A DNA stretch of 64,000 nt from Batkoa obscura (lineage: Eukaryota). The notes below the pieces were generated by a model. That model was not told the DNA's origin. It was given only the letters and a program-made list of their open reading frames with translations, and did no database searches. Positions 1 through 12,693 of this stretch are shown here, in pieces. How positions within the stretch are numbered: the stretch's first letter is position 1; every line of letters begins with the position of its first letter. The DNA is taken from the NCBI GenBank assembly GCA_030770535.1, contig JASVEC010000010.1, forward strand, positions 1,302,001 to 1,366,000. Direction: 5' to 3'. The position numbers were made by a program, and so were the translations under genes.

Positions 1-440
1 CATGGTTAATTATAACATAACAATCGCCTAAGCTGTTGTGTTCTCGAGCTCAGAGAAAATCAATCCCATGTTCTTATTTTGATTTGTTATGAGAATTTCT
101 AGCTCCATCCAAAAGAATATTATCTTCTCATTTTGATATTTATACTTTTCAGAGTATAAAAGAGTTTACAGAGTATAATAGTTCAAGGCTTTTTAACTGA
201 ATTAATCCCTGATATCTCGAACATTTAATAAAGCCACTAAGTTTTCTTAATAGTATTTTACATAGGTTTTACATTAGTATCGTCTATTCTATTTGTCTTA
301 TATAGCTTGTAACCTATTACGTGCTATTCCTCATAATCCAAGTCTATCTTAGTTACATAAACTAAGGCCTTTCGACTTATAGTGTAGTCAACCCAGCAAT
401 AGCTGTTCTTGACTCCAAACCTTGAGTACCAGATTTCACA
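1..440 (+). mobile_element. Solo-LTR-like element (family L, about 464 bp), truncated by window start
   Basis: Ends in GATTTCACA at 440. Contains TATAAAA (about 155) followed by AATAAA (about 227). Closely similar to the copies at 26957 and 39499. Followed by CCCCCATAT, a Sola/MITE-type terminus. Confidence 0.8.
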
Positions 441-838
441 CCCCCATATTAAATTTTTTAATTAAAAAAAGCATGCTTTTTATTTTATATTTTTTATGCT
501 GAATTTATTTCTTTGCAATAAATCAAAGCCAGAAAAAGTTGGACTTCAAGTTAATCAATTCTAGATAAAAATTAAAAATAATGCAGATGTCTTAAACAAG
601 AATTAAATCAATTGATATCGAGTACATAACTGTTATAAATTATTGGATTAAAGCTTTTTATTAAGTCTTAGCCTGGATAGTTCCTTAAAATTAAGGAACT
701 AGCGTTTATAAAAAAAACTATTGTGTATCATTTGGCATTCTAGCATTTAACAAAGGCATGTGGCTATAAAATTTCTTATATAAAATTAACAATTTAAATG
801 AAGTAGCATTAATTTTTATTTAGTGATAAGGTAATTAA

Positions 839-2041
839 TTATAAAGAGCGAATCAACATTGAGAGAATACTTTCCACTTCATCAGAAAAAGACCATCTAT
901 TAGTTCTACTATTACTCATATAAGTTGTGTTAGACAGATCGTGACCATCCAAGTCATCTAAATAACCTTTAATTAGATAATTTAAAATTTGAAATCTATT
1001 ACCATTTTTCACAAAATGCTTAAGATATATTTTTTTAAAAGCTAAAAATATTGTTGGATCAAATATAAATGCTATGAAATTTAATGAGCCAGTCGTACAT
1101 AATAGCATTAATGAACATTCTACTAAATGGATGCTAGTTTCATTACGGATATTAGTTTTATCATTGAAGTCATAATAGATATGCGATATGATAAATCCCG
1201 AATGTGATATTAACATTATGAAGGGGTAGAGTAGTCTAAAATCATAAATATTAGGTTAGGGATTTAAACTGTACTTACAATCTATAGCCAAATTGTTTCA
1301 CATATCTAAGTGCGCTATTATAAGAACCAGAGTCGGCAACAAATAACATCTTTTTGGTTGTCAACACACCTTTACGCAATTTAAGTAAAACGAAACATAC
1401 AACTATTAATAGATAAACTATTGATATCATTAATGGCAGTTGAACAATGAAAAAATCAAGTTTTTTAGCAAAGTCAATATCATTTCCTGAGATATAACAC
1501 CTATCGTATTTCCCAAATCCGAAGTGTCCTAACGCTTAATAATATAAATAATTGTCAGTTGAACAATGTTTTTGTGTACCTAATAATGGAGCTGTAATTG
1601 TTAAGCCTATTACTATTGGAAGTATCCAATATAGAATTTCAATGTTTCTCGTTATATCGATTCTATGTAAAAAAGCAATTTGTAAATTAATCCCAATGAT
1701 AGCATTAATTAAGGTATAAACTAAAGGGAAAAAGGCTTGCTGCCATCCAAGGAAAGTACACATGATCCCAGCATCTTTAATTTCCCTACTCCAAAACGGC
1801 ATTGTATGAAGCCATATATCATAAAATGAGATAGCGATCTGTAAACGTAATGATACTCTATCCACAAGAGTCTTTTTATACAAGGCTTAAATAATTAGTA
1901 GCTAGTGACTATCATACTAATGGACTTACCTAAACTGGCCATAACAATTATGATAGATCCAGATAGACTAACAGAGATGAGTGAACTGATAGGATAGAAA
2001 TCCTTATATAAAAAGTTATAAAGTGGGGAGTCTTGCATCAT
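839..2041 (-). CDS. 7-TM GPCR-like receptor (Git3/cAMP-receptor-like), divergent paralog G1, multi-exon
   Basis: ATG at 2041 (MMQDSPLYNF...). Exons encode LVDRVSLRLQIAISFYDIW (TM2), the TM3 Cys, YP.IMLISH (TM6) and GSLNFIAFIFDPT (TM7). GT-AG introns lie at the same positions as in the paralogs; ends LIRSL*. Confidence 0.8.
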
Positions 2042-2554
2042 TAATTCACAACAAAGATATAATTTTAAAGTTGATTAAATTTTAAATTTTTTATAATTTG
2101 CTTCTAGGAACTTAAAGAATAACACATCAATATTTTGATCCTAATTTAGTCATGTTACTAACTATACTTTTTATATTATAGATCACATCGAGTTCTATAA
2201 ATCCAATTTAGGTCACTTTAATCATCTCATATTTAACCGAGATATTTCTATTTTGGATTATTAATTTGTAGTTCCAATTTCGCTATAATTAGCAAATTAA
2301 CTTGTTTTTAAGGGATGAAGCAGATGTGCAACTTTTCGAATTTCAAAGCCATTTACATTTTAAGCCAAAAACAAGTTTTTTAAAATAAAACTTGAATTCA
2401 AAATCACATTTTGCAGTCATGAGCTTTTAATAAATCAAGAAATATGAAAAAGTTTTGGAATGAACCGTATTTATAAAATACTATAAAGTATCCCTTTAAC
2501 GTTTTTTTATAGAATAGTTAATAATTTAAGGTGAAATAAAATTGAAGTGCATAT

Positions 2555-5019
2555 GGGGTTGTCTGAATTAGTTTCATTATTTTATCCAATTTTTGAAAAA
2601 TTTTGTATTTTAAAAACTTCGCTTAAAATTCTATAAAATCACATCTTTTATTAAAACAAAAGTACCCAAACACAGTTCTAAATCATTCTATTATAGCTCA
2701 TACTGTAAGTTAGTTGAATTTCTACTAGATCTTAAATACATGTTCTTATAAAGCTTAATTGAGAAATATTTACTATCAACTGCTTTATAACCAACATTGT
2801 AGATTTATTATCAAATAAATAAACTATTTTAATGTTATAATTACATTATTAATATACTGCCAAGTTAATAAATAGCTGCATGGGAGGGAGTGGTTAGCCC
2901 CAAAACTATAATTAACCATCCCTATATAGTATAAGTAATAATAGTTTTTACATATTATTACAGTTACTTGTTCTTTGACTATTTATTAACTTAGCTATTA
3001 ATAACTTAAGTAATCCTAACATTTAACAATCTATTTCTATCATTTAACAAAGTACTTACTTGCTTAGTAAATATCGAAATTTTTAAATTCTCTGTTATCT
3101 TCGTAAGGTAAGCTGGGATCGATCTTTTAATTTTTCTGTTTTCTATAGACTCTATAACTTTAATTGGGACTATATCGCTTTTTTTTGATGTATCAGATAC
3201 TGGATAACAATGTAGTTTATTGTTATGTTTAATAAAATGTAAATACTTCTTAATGCCCTGCATCTCTATTATTCTTTTTGTATTTTTGTTTCTTTTATAC
3301 TTCTTAAAAATTATATCTGTTTTCCCATTATTAACAGTCGAGTTATTAATTTTATTATGCTCACAAATAAAAGCCTCAAATCTTGAAATTAATTGATCGA
3401 TATCTTCTATTTTACCTAACGCTTCAAAACTACTTTTCCATTTTGAAAGGTTTCCAAAATGTCCATCAACTATACTTTTTCCATGATGCTCAGCAAAAAA
3501 ATTAAGATTGACATTCAAACTACTATTTATTTTATGAATTTCTTTAAACATATAGTGTAGAAACTCTTGGGATCTAAAATGATTTCCTGTATCTGCCCAT
3601 ATATTAATTTTTGTAAACTTTTTAAATAGAAGCTCTGTAGAGATTAAATCGATTAAACAATCTCCTGCATATGCTGAATCATGATTCAATATTTCAGATA
3701 AATAATCAAAGTAAACTTTGCCTATCGTTTTATCATCTTTTAAATATAATACACCAAAGCCTAATACTGATATAGCTTGTTTATTATAATGATCTAGATT
3801 TATTGAATCTGGTCTTGTTCCTATTTCCATATTTTGTTTAAAATCTAAAACTATTATACAACTTTTGTTATTTAATTTTTTGATAGTTTCATTAAATGTG
3901 TTTTTTTGAGTATCAACACAGAATTTATGTAATTTGTATAATTTTTCTTCTTCGTTGAAAATTTCTTGTATCTCTGCTTTGTTTTTTGCTGTATTTATTT
4001 TATTTTCAAATAACTTTTTTCTAACTGTATACTGGGTACATATATTACATAGATCCGTTTTTCTTGCTGGATTTTTGAAATTAGTTGGTATATATTTAAA
4101 GAACGTTGACCTAGCTACTGCTTTATCTCTTAGATCATTCAAATATTTACTATATATCATTCTTCTACTTTTATTTAATATATATATATTATCTGATGAA
4201 TATTTACTATCGTTATTTTTTTTATTAAATCTTGATGAAATAGTTGAATCATTTAGTAAATATTGTATGATAGTTTCAATTTGGTCATCTTTAATTTTTT
4301 TTGTATTTTTAATAATAGGTTTTAATGTTGATATTTTATTATTATTACTTGTTTTTGAATAATCATATTGATTTCTATTTATATTAAACCCAAAACTCTT
4401 ACATTCATCAAAAGAATATACTGAAGCTATAGTTGATAATAACGCTACTTGCTGACTTTTGTTTCCTGTTTCCCTTAAAGCACTAATTTTATACATTACT
4501 TGATTAAGTTTATTATTATCGATAGTAAACTTTGATAATATATCTTTTCTTTGTTTTGTTTTATTATAAAATTCCATAAACCTTGGGTTGTTATAAGTAG
4601 CTCTTAAAATTGATGTAAATGAATTACAATGTTTATATTGTGTACTCCTCCCTATTGTATTGAAGTTTTCAAAAATTCCATTTCGAAGTTTAGTTATGAA
4701 AGTTTGCATTTTATTTTTATTTCAACAAAAAATAAAGTCAAATAAAGTCAAATAATTGTGTTTATATAATTATGTATTTATATAATTATATAATCATATA
4801 GTTATATATTATATATCTGTTAAATATCTAACAGAACTAACATAAAATACATAGTTAGGAAAATTAGCTATTTAAGAAAAGGAAACAATTAAAATAAGTT
4901 TTAAATAGAGACATTTAATTTTAGGCTTTTTAGATTTAACCGTTATATTGAACACAAACTTGAAATTTTAAATTTGGATTAATTTCTAAGTAGATTCTGA
5001 AACCAATTAGGACAGCCCC
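2555..5019 (-). mobile_element. Sola2-like DNA transposon, copy 1 (intact)
   Basis: Imperfect TIRs GGGGTTGTCTGAATTAGTTTCA / GGGGCTGTCCTAATTGGTTTCA. 4-bp TSD ATAT (2551-2554, 5020-5023). Single transposase ORF. Confidence 0.85.
3006..4709 (-). CDS. DDD transposase, Sola2-like (567 aa)
   Basis: Motifs DLCNIC...H (Zn-binding-like), IIVLDFKQN, IWADTGNHF and FFAEHHGKSIVDGHFG resemble the Sola2 catalytic motifs (DF..N / SD....F / HGK...DG). Lies inside TIRs. Confidence 0.85.
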   Translation of the reverse strand: MQTFITKLRNGIFENFNTIGRSTQYKHCNSFTSILRATYNNPRFMEFYNKTKQRKDILSKFTIDNNKLNQVMYKISALRETGNKSQQVALLSTIASVYSFDECKSFGFNINRNQYDYSKTSNNNKISTLKPIIKNTKKIKDDQIETIIQYLLNDSTISSRFNKKNNDSKYSSDNIYILNKSRRMIYSKYLNDLRDKAVARSTFFKYIPTNFKNPARKTDLCNICTQYTVRKKLFENKINTAKNKAEIQEIFNEEEKLYKLHKFCVDTQKNTFNETIKKLNNKSCIIVLDFKQNMEIGTRPDSINLDHYNKQAISVLGFGVLYLKDDKTIGKVYFDYLSEILNHDSAYAGDCLIDLISTELLFKKFTKINIWADTGNHFRSQEFLHYMFKEIHKINSSLNVNLNFFAEHHGKSIVDGHFGNLSKWKSSFEALGKIEDIDQLISRFEAFICEHNKINNSTVNNGKTDIIFKKYKRNKNTKRIIEMQGIKKYLHFIKHNNKLHCYPVSDTSKKSDIVPIKVIESIENRKIKRSIPAYLTKITENLKISIFTKQVSTLLNDRNRLLNVRIT

Positions 5020-6344
5020 ATATATTACTTTTTTCGAAATTTTAATTTCTAAACAACTGGTTTATTTTACTACCTTGGAATCTGAAAAATACATTAGGAA
5101 TTAAATATATATATCATTTTCAACATAGCTTTACTTTTTTATCAGTGTTAGCAAGTTGCTTTTGGTTGTAATGAAATCAAAATTACTGTTTTTTATTTTA
5201 GAGTGAATATTCTAATTGCTATAAAATGATATTTTTTATAGTGGAAAAGTGATTATAAAAACAACACATCAAAAAGATAATCACTCTTATAACTAACCTT
5301 GATTAGTTAAAATGTTAGCAGAATTTTTAGAACTTATTTTTTCATATCATGTAACAAATTTTGGGTTTTGAGTTATCATATCATAGTTTTGATGGAGTGT
5401 TAAATAATAAATGTTTTTTATATTCTTGAAAGAGCCACAAGCTCTTGAGTATTTTATTAAATAGAAAGTAGCTAAAATGTTGTGAAAGAGAGATGGCCCA
5501 TTTTCTTAGAGCTTTGGACCACTTTTATTACGAGAAAGACAAAATTTTTGGGATTTTAAGCTTTCACCGACGCTATTTTCTATTCTTTAAATAAAGTGCT
5601 ACATATTAGTACTGAAATCTGAATTTAAAAATGAAAGTTTATAAGTATGATAAATTTGTCATAGAACAGAAGTGTAAAAATTCCCAACCAACATTTTTGG
5701 CAGTACATTTAATAAATTGATGTAGTCCTGAAGAGAAATACCTATATAGTATGAGCCTGATAATATAATAAACACGTTCAATTCAATTTAACAAAGTAAA
5801 TAGCTAAAGTTATAGTAAGTTTTGTTTTAACATTACAATTATAATTCTTGTTGAAAATGAGTTAGAAAAATGATGTAAAACACGAATTTAGATTACTTAT
5901 AGCAGTTATTTTGTTAATCATACTTTACAACTTTTTTTCAATAGCTCAAATATCTAAAAACGAAATTTGGTAATAGTGAAAGTTTTATTACTAAAATTTA
6001 AAAACATTGTTTATATCAGTAAATAAATCAAATTTAGATGGGTAGCATCGGTGTTTCAAAATATTGATGATATCTGATAAAGGTATATAATTATTATTAT
6101 TGTGCCCACCTTTATTGTAGTTGTTTCAATATCATAATTTAGAGTTTCACGAAATAATCTTAGAACTTGAATCAATTTAGTTTATATTGAGATGTCATAT
6201 TTCGAATTTTTTAGTAAGATAAATAAGATGTGATAGAAAATTCAATATGATATGAAGATTAGTATTAAAAGAATCGAAGTAATTTATTATAAAATATCAA
6301 TTTATAAAAAGCATGTCTTTCAAGAAGAAAATTAAAAAAGATAA

Positions 6345-7783
6345 ATGAGCATCGGTTGCTTTAGTTCCAATTTTAAAATTATAAAAATTTAATAGTTTTA
6401 AAGATTTGAGGGTGTTTTTTTGGCTTCATCACTTTTTCCATCTTTCAAGTGTTATTTGAGTGAAGGAATTATTAGTAAAAATTTTAAACACAAAAATACA
6501 TCACCATTTGGTTATCTTGGCATTTACCTTTATATTTTCACTCATTAATGGTGCTCGTCAACCATTGATTTCTTTACTACATTCTGGGGTTGTAGGTGCT
6601 TTTACAAATTATATCATAGATTCTTAAAATAACCCAATGCTGGCTATCCAAGCTTTTAAACTTACGATTACAACATTATGCCTTCAATTTTTTGAAGTTG
6701 GTATTACTGTTTTAGTTGCTGCACACGGAAAAATCAGTTTACGGGTGGTAGTAGGCAAAAACTAAGCATTATATATAAGACAAAATTACTATAAAGCAAT
6801 TTTATCACAAGAAATCGGTTAATTCGATACAATTTATTCAGAGGGTATAGCTTCCTATGTATTTGGAGATATGCACTTAGTGCAAAGTGGTATATCTGAA
6901 AAATTAGGTTTTATGATTCAAAACTTTTTCAGCTTTCTTTCGGACTATATTGTAGCTTCTGCCCAATGTTGTGGATTTAGTTTAGTTTTAATGGTTATAA
7001 CCCCCTTAGTTACTGTTGTTGTTGTTTTTTATCAAAAGAGTTGCTCATTATCTACTAGCGATCAAAACGCTTATGGAAAAGCTAGATCAATGGCTGGGGA
7101 AGTGTTATCATTTGTTTGAATCATTTATGCTTTTGGATCTCCGAGAAGAGAAATCTTAAGGTATGAGTAGAAACTTTTTCAAACAAACAAATATGATCAC
7201 AAAAGTTCAGTTATTTTTGTAGTTAATATTGTTCGAGTTGAGTTTATTGCGTTTTTGACTTATTCACTAAAAATGTGTTATGGCAACAACTTTATTGCAA
7301 AGCAAGAGCATAAACCAGAAAATTTAACTTCAGTGCTTTTTCAATTATTTGAAGAGCTCTATCGATTAGGTATAGTTCACTTTTTTTGACTGCTTTAGCC
7401 ACTGGACAAGAAGCGGCAGCTAAACTATCTTAGGTGATCAAAAGATAATCTAAAATAGATACATTTACATATATCGCATTAATGAAGCAAAAGGAGGATA
7501 AAGTAAGTAAACTTCAAGGTGAAATTTTATTTAATAATATCGTTTTTTCCTATCCAACGCGTTTTGATATTATTAGATTAAATGTGTTAAATTCAAGAGT
7601 TGATATCAGTACTATTATGGTTTTAGTTAGACCTTTAGGATCCAGTAAAAGTAGTGTAATTGGACTAATTGAAGGGTTTTATGATGAAAATTCGGGTTCA
7701 ATCACTATTGGTAATATAAATATAAGTGAAGTTAGTATTGAGTTTTTAAGAAGTTAAATTGTCATTGTTAGACAAAAGCCTAT
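6345..7783 (+). pseudogene. ABCB/MDR-type ABC transporter pseudogene, copy 1 (TMD1 and start of NBD1)
   Basis: Remnant motifs INGARQPL, SQEIG.FD, D..LVQSGISEKLG, FSYPTRFD and a degenerate Walker A (RPLGSSKS). Many stops and frameshifts, a MITE inside, and truncation by Sola copy 2 near the Q-loop. Confidence 0.85.
6408..6505 (+). mobile_element. About 100-bp Sola-type MITE
   Basis: Family consensus GGGGATGT...ACATCCCC (degenerate here); TSD ATTT on both sides. Confidence 0.8.
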
Positions 7784-10245
7784 GGGGTTGTCTGAATTAG
7801 TTTCATTATTTTATCCAATTTTTGAAAAATTTTGTATTTTAAAAACTTCGCTTAAAATTCTATAAAATCACATCTTTTATTAAAACAAAAGTACCCAAAC
7901 ACAGTTCTAAATCATTCTATTATAGCTCATACTGTAAGTTAGTTGAATTTCTACTAGATCTTAAATACATGTTCTTATAAAGCTTAATTGAGAAATATTT
8001 ATTATCAACTGCTTTATAGCCAACATCGTAGATTTATTATCAAATAAATAAACTATTTTAATGTTGTAATTACATTATTAATATATTGCCAAGTTAATAA
8101 ATAGCTGCATGGGAGGGAGTGGTCAGCCCCAAAACTATAATTAACCATCCCTATATAGTACAAGTAATAATAGTTTTTACATATTATTACAGTTACTTGT
8201 TCTTTGACTATTTATTAACTTAGCTATTAATAACTTAAGTAATCCTAACATTTAACAATCTATTTCTATCATTTAACAAAGTACTTACTTGCTTAGTAAA
8301 TATCGAAATTTTTAAATTCTCTGTTATCTTCGTAAGGTAAGCTGGGATCGATCTTTTAATTTTTCTGTTTTCTATAGACTCTATAACTTTAATTGGGACT
8401 ATATCGCTTTTTTTTGATGTATCAGATACTGGATAACAATGTAGTTTATTGTTATGTTTAATAAAATGTAAATACTTCTTAATGCCCTGCATCTCTATTA
8501 TTCTTTTTGTATTTTTGTTTCTTTTATACTTTTTAAAAATTATATCTGTTTTCCCATTATTAACAGTTGAGTTATTAATTTTATTATGCTCACAAATAAA
8601 AGCCTCAAATCTTGAAATTAATTGATCGATATCTTCTATTTTACCTAACGCTTCAAAACTACTTTTCCATTTTGAAAGGTTTCCAAAATGCCCATCAACT
8701 ATACTTTTTCCATGATGCTCAGCAAAAAAATTAAGATTAACATTCAAACTACTATTTATTTTATGAATTTCTTTAAACATATAGTGTAGAAACTCTTGGG
8801 ATCTAAAATGATTTCCTGTATCTGCCCATATATTAATTTTTGTAAACTTTTTAAATAGAAGCTCTGTAGAGATTAAATCGATTAAACAATCTCCTGCATA
8901 TGCTGAATCATGATTCAATATTTCAGATAAATAATCAAAGTAAACTTTGCCTATTGTTTTATCATCTTTTAAATATAATACACCAAAACCCAATACTGAT
9001 ATAGCTTGTTTATTATAATGATCTAGATTTATTGAATCTGGTCTTGTTCCTATTTCCATATTTTGTTTAAAATCTAAAACTATTATACAACTTTTGTTAT
9101 TTAATTTTTTAATAGTTTCATTAAATGTGTTTTTTTGAGTATCAACACAGAATTTATGTAATTTGTATAATTTTTCTTCTTCGTTGAAAATTTCTTGTAT
9201 CTCTGCTTTGTTTTTTGCTGTATTTATTTTATTTTCAAATAACTTTTTTCTAACTGTATACTGGGTACATATATTACATAGATCCGTTTTTCTTGCTGGA
9301 TTTTTGAAATTACTTGGTATATATTTAAAGAACGTTGACCTAGCTACTGCTTTATCTCTTAGATCATTCAAATATTTACTATATATCATTCTTCTACTTT
9401 TATTTAATATATATATATTATCTGATGAATATTTACTATCGTTATTTTTTTTATTAAATCTTGATGAAATAGTTGAATCATTTAGTAAATATTGTATGAT
9501 AGTTTCAATTTGGTCATTAATTTTTTTTGTATTTTTAATAATAGGTTTTAATGTTGATATTTTATTATTATTACTTGTTTTTGAATAATCATATTGATTT
9601 CTATTTATATTAAACCCAAAACTCTTACATTCATCAAAAGAATATACTGAAGCTATAGTTGATAATAACGCTACTTGCTGGTTTTTGTTTCCTGTTTCCC
9701 TTAAAGCACTAATTTTATACATTACTTGATTAAGTTTATTATTATCGATAGTAAACTTTGATAATATATCTTTTCTTTGTTTTGTTTTATTATAAAATTC
9801 CATAAACCTTGGGTTGTTATAAGTAGCTCTTAAGATTGATGTAAATAAATTACAATGTTTATATTGTGTACTCCTCCCTATTGTATTGAAGTTTTCAAAA
9901 ATTCCATTTCGAAGTTTAGTTATGAAAGTTTGCATTTTATTTTTATTTCAACAAAAAATAAAGTCAAATAAAGTCAAATAACTGTGTTTATATAATTATG
10001 TATTTATATAATTATATAATCATATAGTTATATATTATATATCTGTTAAATATCTAACAGAACTAACATAAAATACATAGTTAGGAAAATTAGCTATTTA
10101 AGAAAAGGAAACAATTAAAATAAGTTTTAAATAGAGACATTTAATTTTAGGCTTTTTAGATTTAACCGTTATATTGAACACAAACTTGAAATTTTAAATT
10201 TGGATTAATTTCTAAGTAGATTCTGAAACCAATTAGGACAGCCCC
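7784..10245 (-). mobile_element. Sola2-like DNA transposon, copy 2 (intact ORF, non-matching flanks)
   Basis: Same TIRs as copy 1 and nearly identical sequence. Flanks CTAT / AAAT do not form a TSD. Confidence 0.85.
8235..9935 (-). CDS. DDD transposase, Sola2-like (566 aa)
   Basis: Near-identical to 3006-4709, with a one-codon deletion (KIKDDQ to KINDQ) and a few substitutions. Confidence 0.85.
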   Translation of the reverse strand: MQTFITKLRNGIFENFNTIGRSTQYKHCNLFTSILRATYNNPRFMEFYNKTKQRKDILSKFTIDNNKLNQVMYKISALRETGNKNQQVALLSTIASVYSFDECKSFGFNINRNQYDYSKTSNNNKISTLKPIIKNTKKINDQIETIIQYLLNDSTISSRFNKKNNDSKYSSDNIYILNKSRRMIYSKYLNDLRDKAVARSTFFKYIPSNFKNPARKTDLCNICTQYTVRKKLFENKINTAKNKAEIQEIFNEEEKLYKLHKFCVDTQKNTFNETIKKLNNKSCIIVLDFKQNMEIGTRPDSINLDHYNKQAISVLGFGVLYLKDDKTIGKVYFDYLSEILNHDSAYAGDCLIDLISTELLFKKFTKINIWADTGNHFRSQEFLHYMFKEIHKINSSLNVNLNFFAEHHGKSIVDGHFGNLSKWKSSFEALGKIEDIDQLISRFEAFICEHNKINNSTVNNGKTDIIFKKYKRNKNTKRIIEMQGIKKYLHFIKHNNKLHCYPVSDTSKKSDIVPIKVIESIENRKIKRSIPAYLTKITENLKISIFTKQVSTLLNDRNRLLNVRIT

Positions 10246-10815
10246 AAATGTTAAGATTACTTAAGTTATTAATAGCTAAGTTAATGAATAGTCAAAGAAC
10301 AAGTAACTATAATAATATGTAAAAACTATTATTACTTGTACTATATAGAGATGGTTAATTATAGTTTTGGGACTAACCACTCCCTCCCATGCAGCTATTT
10401 ATTGACTTATCAATATGTGAGTGTTTTTTTGACTTCATTACTTTTTCCATTTTTTAAGCGCTATTTGAGTGGAAAAACTATTAATAAAATTCCTAAACAC
10501 AAAAAAACATCTCCATATATTAATAATGTAATTATAACATTAAAATAGTTTATTTATTTGATAACAAATCTGCAATGTTGGTTATAAAGCGGTCAATAAT
10601 GAATGTCTCTCAATAAAGTTTTATAAGAATATGTATTTAAGATCTATTAAAAATTCAGCTAACTTACGGTATAAACTATAATAGAATGATTTAGAACTGT
10701 GTCCAGGTACTTTTGTTTTAATAAAAAATTTGATTTTATAGAATTTTAAGCAAAGTTTTTTTAAATACAAAATATGTGAAAATTGGATAAAATAATGAAA
10801 CTAATTGATAACCTC
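10246..10815 (+). mobile_element. Older Sola 3'-end fragment in opposite orientation, containing a MITE (about 10417-10514)
   Basis: Starts at AATGTTAAGATTACTTAA (transposase end NVKIT*), follows the Sola 3' UTR and ends in a degenerate TIR ...GAAACTAATTGATAACCTC. Confidence 0.8.
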
Positions 10816-10819
10816 ATAC

Positions 10820-11697
10820 TCTGAAATTATAGAAGCATTTATAAGTTATGCTGTGAATTTTTCAAATGACCCAATGCTAACTATTCAAGCTTTTAAATCT
10901 ATAATTACACGTTATATCTTCAATTTCTTGAAGTTATTATTATAGCCTTACCTGCTGAAATCGAAAAATGAGTTTATAGGTAGTAATAGGTAAAAATCAA
11001 ACATTGCGTATGAGGTGGAATTACTATAAACCAGTTTTATCATAAGAAATTGGTTGATTTGATATAATTCCTTCAGAGGTACATTTTCTCGTATATCCAG
11101 AGACATTTCCCTAATTTAAGATGATATATCTAAAAATTTAGGTTTTATGATATGAAACTTTTCCAGTTTTTTTCCGGGTTATATTGTAGCTTTCACTTAA
11201 GGTAGGAGACTCAGTTTGGTTTTATTAGTTATAACTCCTTTAGTTACTCTAGCTGGCATTTTTTTTCAGTTACTTTAGGAGCTCTGTCGATTAGACATAG
11301 TCTACTCTTTTTAACTGCTTTAGCTGTTACACAAGGAGCAGTAACTAAATATTTCAGTGCATTGAAAGAGAACCTAAAATAGATCCATTTGTATATACCG
11401 GACTAATGAAACAGAAGGAGAAAAAGGCAGGTAAACTTGAAGATAGTATTCATTTTAGAAGTATAGTTTTTTCTTATCCAGCGCGTTTTGATATTGTTAC
11501 ATTAAATGACTTAAAGTTGAAAGTTGGTGCTGATACTACTATAGCTTTAATTGAGCCTCCAGGGTTTAGTAAAAGTACTGCAATAGGATCGATCGAAAGG
11601 TTTTGTAGTGTAAACTCGGGCTCGATCACTATTAATAGTGTATATAAGTGAAGTTGGTATCGAGTTTTTAAGAAGCCATATTGGTATTATTGTATAC
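10820..11697 (+). pseudogene. ABCB/MDR-type ABC transporter pseudogene, copy 2
   Basis: Homologous to 6630-7780 (EIG.FD, ISKNLGF, FSYPARFD, EPPGFSKS) with stops and an internal deletion; ends at a partial MITE. Confidence 0.8.
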
Positions 11698-12693
11698 CAA
11701 TAGCGCTTAAAAGATAGGAAAAGTGATGAAGCGAAAAAAAAACTCGCGTATGTTAGTTTAATATAAGTAAAGCTAGGAGTCAAATGTAGCTTTGTAAAAT
11801 TTTAAATAAAATACCCATATAGACTACTTAAATCATTTTGTGAGGCACTTATCTTAATCTTATTTTATAAATCAAAATTTATTTTTAGTAGTGACGGATT
11901 TTTTCCTAATTAATACATTAATTGAATTGGTTTCTTTATAATGGAAGTTGCTTAAGGTGGTTTTATGGTTATCTAACTTTAGCTAAATATTATACAATAC
12001 AAAAACACCTACATTAATTTGAAACTTTTTTACATGAAAAAGTCATTTTAATAGCACAGATTGGTATATCAGTATTTTAGCAGTGACATTTAGATAAAAT
12101 AATAGTAGTTGTTAATTAATTTTTCCTTTGATCTTATTTTTGATATCAGAAAAATAATTTGTTTAATGAAAACGTAATTTTATATTTAGTTATAAATACA
12201 GCACTATTATTCAAAATGTGTATGAAAAAGATACTAATTTATAAAACAGATGTGCTTATTAAACTTCATAAATTAAAACAAATTGATCTTAAAAATACCA
12301 TATGTGGGTGTTTTTTTTGGCTTCATTTTCTTAATCTCTTAAACGCTATTTGAGCGGAAAATTTGTTAGTAAAATTCTTAAACATAAAATGTATCCCCAT
12401 ACCTTTTACAAAAACTAGCACAGATTTATTTTTTCGTTAAATCTAAGGATTTACTTAGGAATTAATAATTTATGATATTAATTGACAATAAAAAACTAAA
12501 TTGTGGCGCGAACTCTCAAAAGTAATAAACCGGTTATTATCACCAGAGCTAATTGGAACATTTGAAAAGTAGCTAAATAAACAAGACTATCCTTTATGGG
12601 ATATTCATTGCAACAAACTATAAAGTATATAAGTAAACAGAAAATGTAGAATATAAAGTATAAAATAAAACAAAGTTTATCTCGTTAATCAAC

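Noticed and set aside
3934..4362. Hydrophobic antisense ORFs in every Sola copy (also 9163, 25765, 40372)
   Set aside because: Shadow of the Lys/Asn-rich transposase frame; recurrence only reflects copy identity.
4733..4834. AAATAAAGTC direct repeat and TCTGTTA/TAACAGA hairpin in the Sola 5' UTR
   Set aside because: Short, in very AT-rich DNA, and not conserved in copies 3 and 4.
2555..10245. RIP-like mutation of repeats
   Set aside because: Closely linked 2.5-kb repeats remain near-identical with open ORFs; C-to-T drift in old copies could not be tied to a dinucleotide context by eye.
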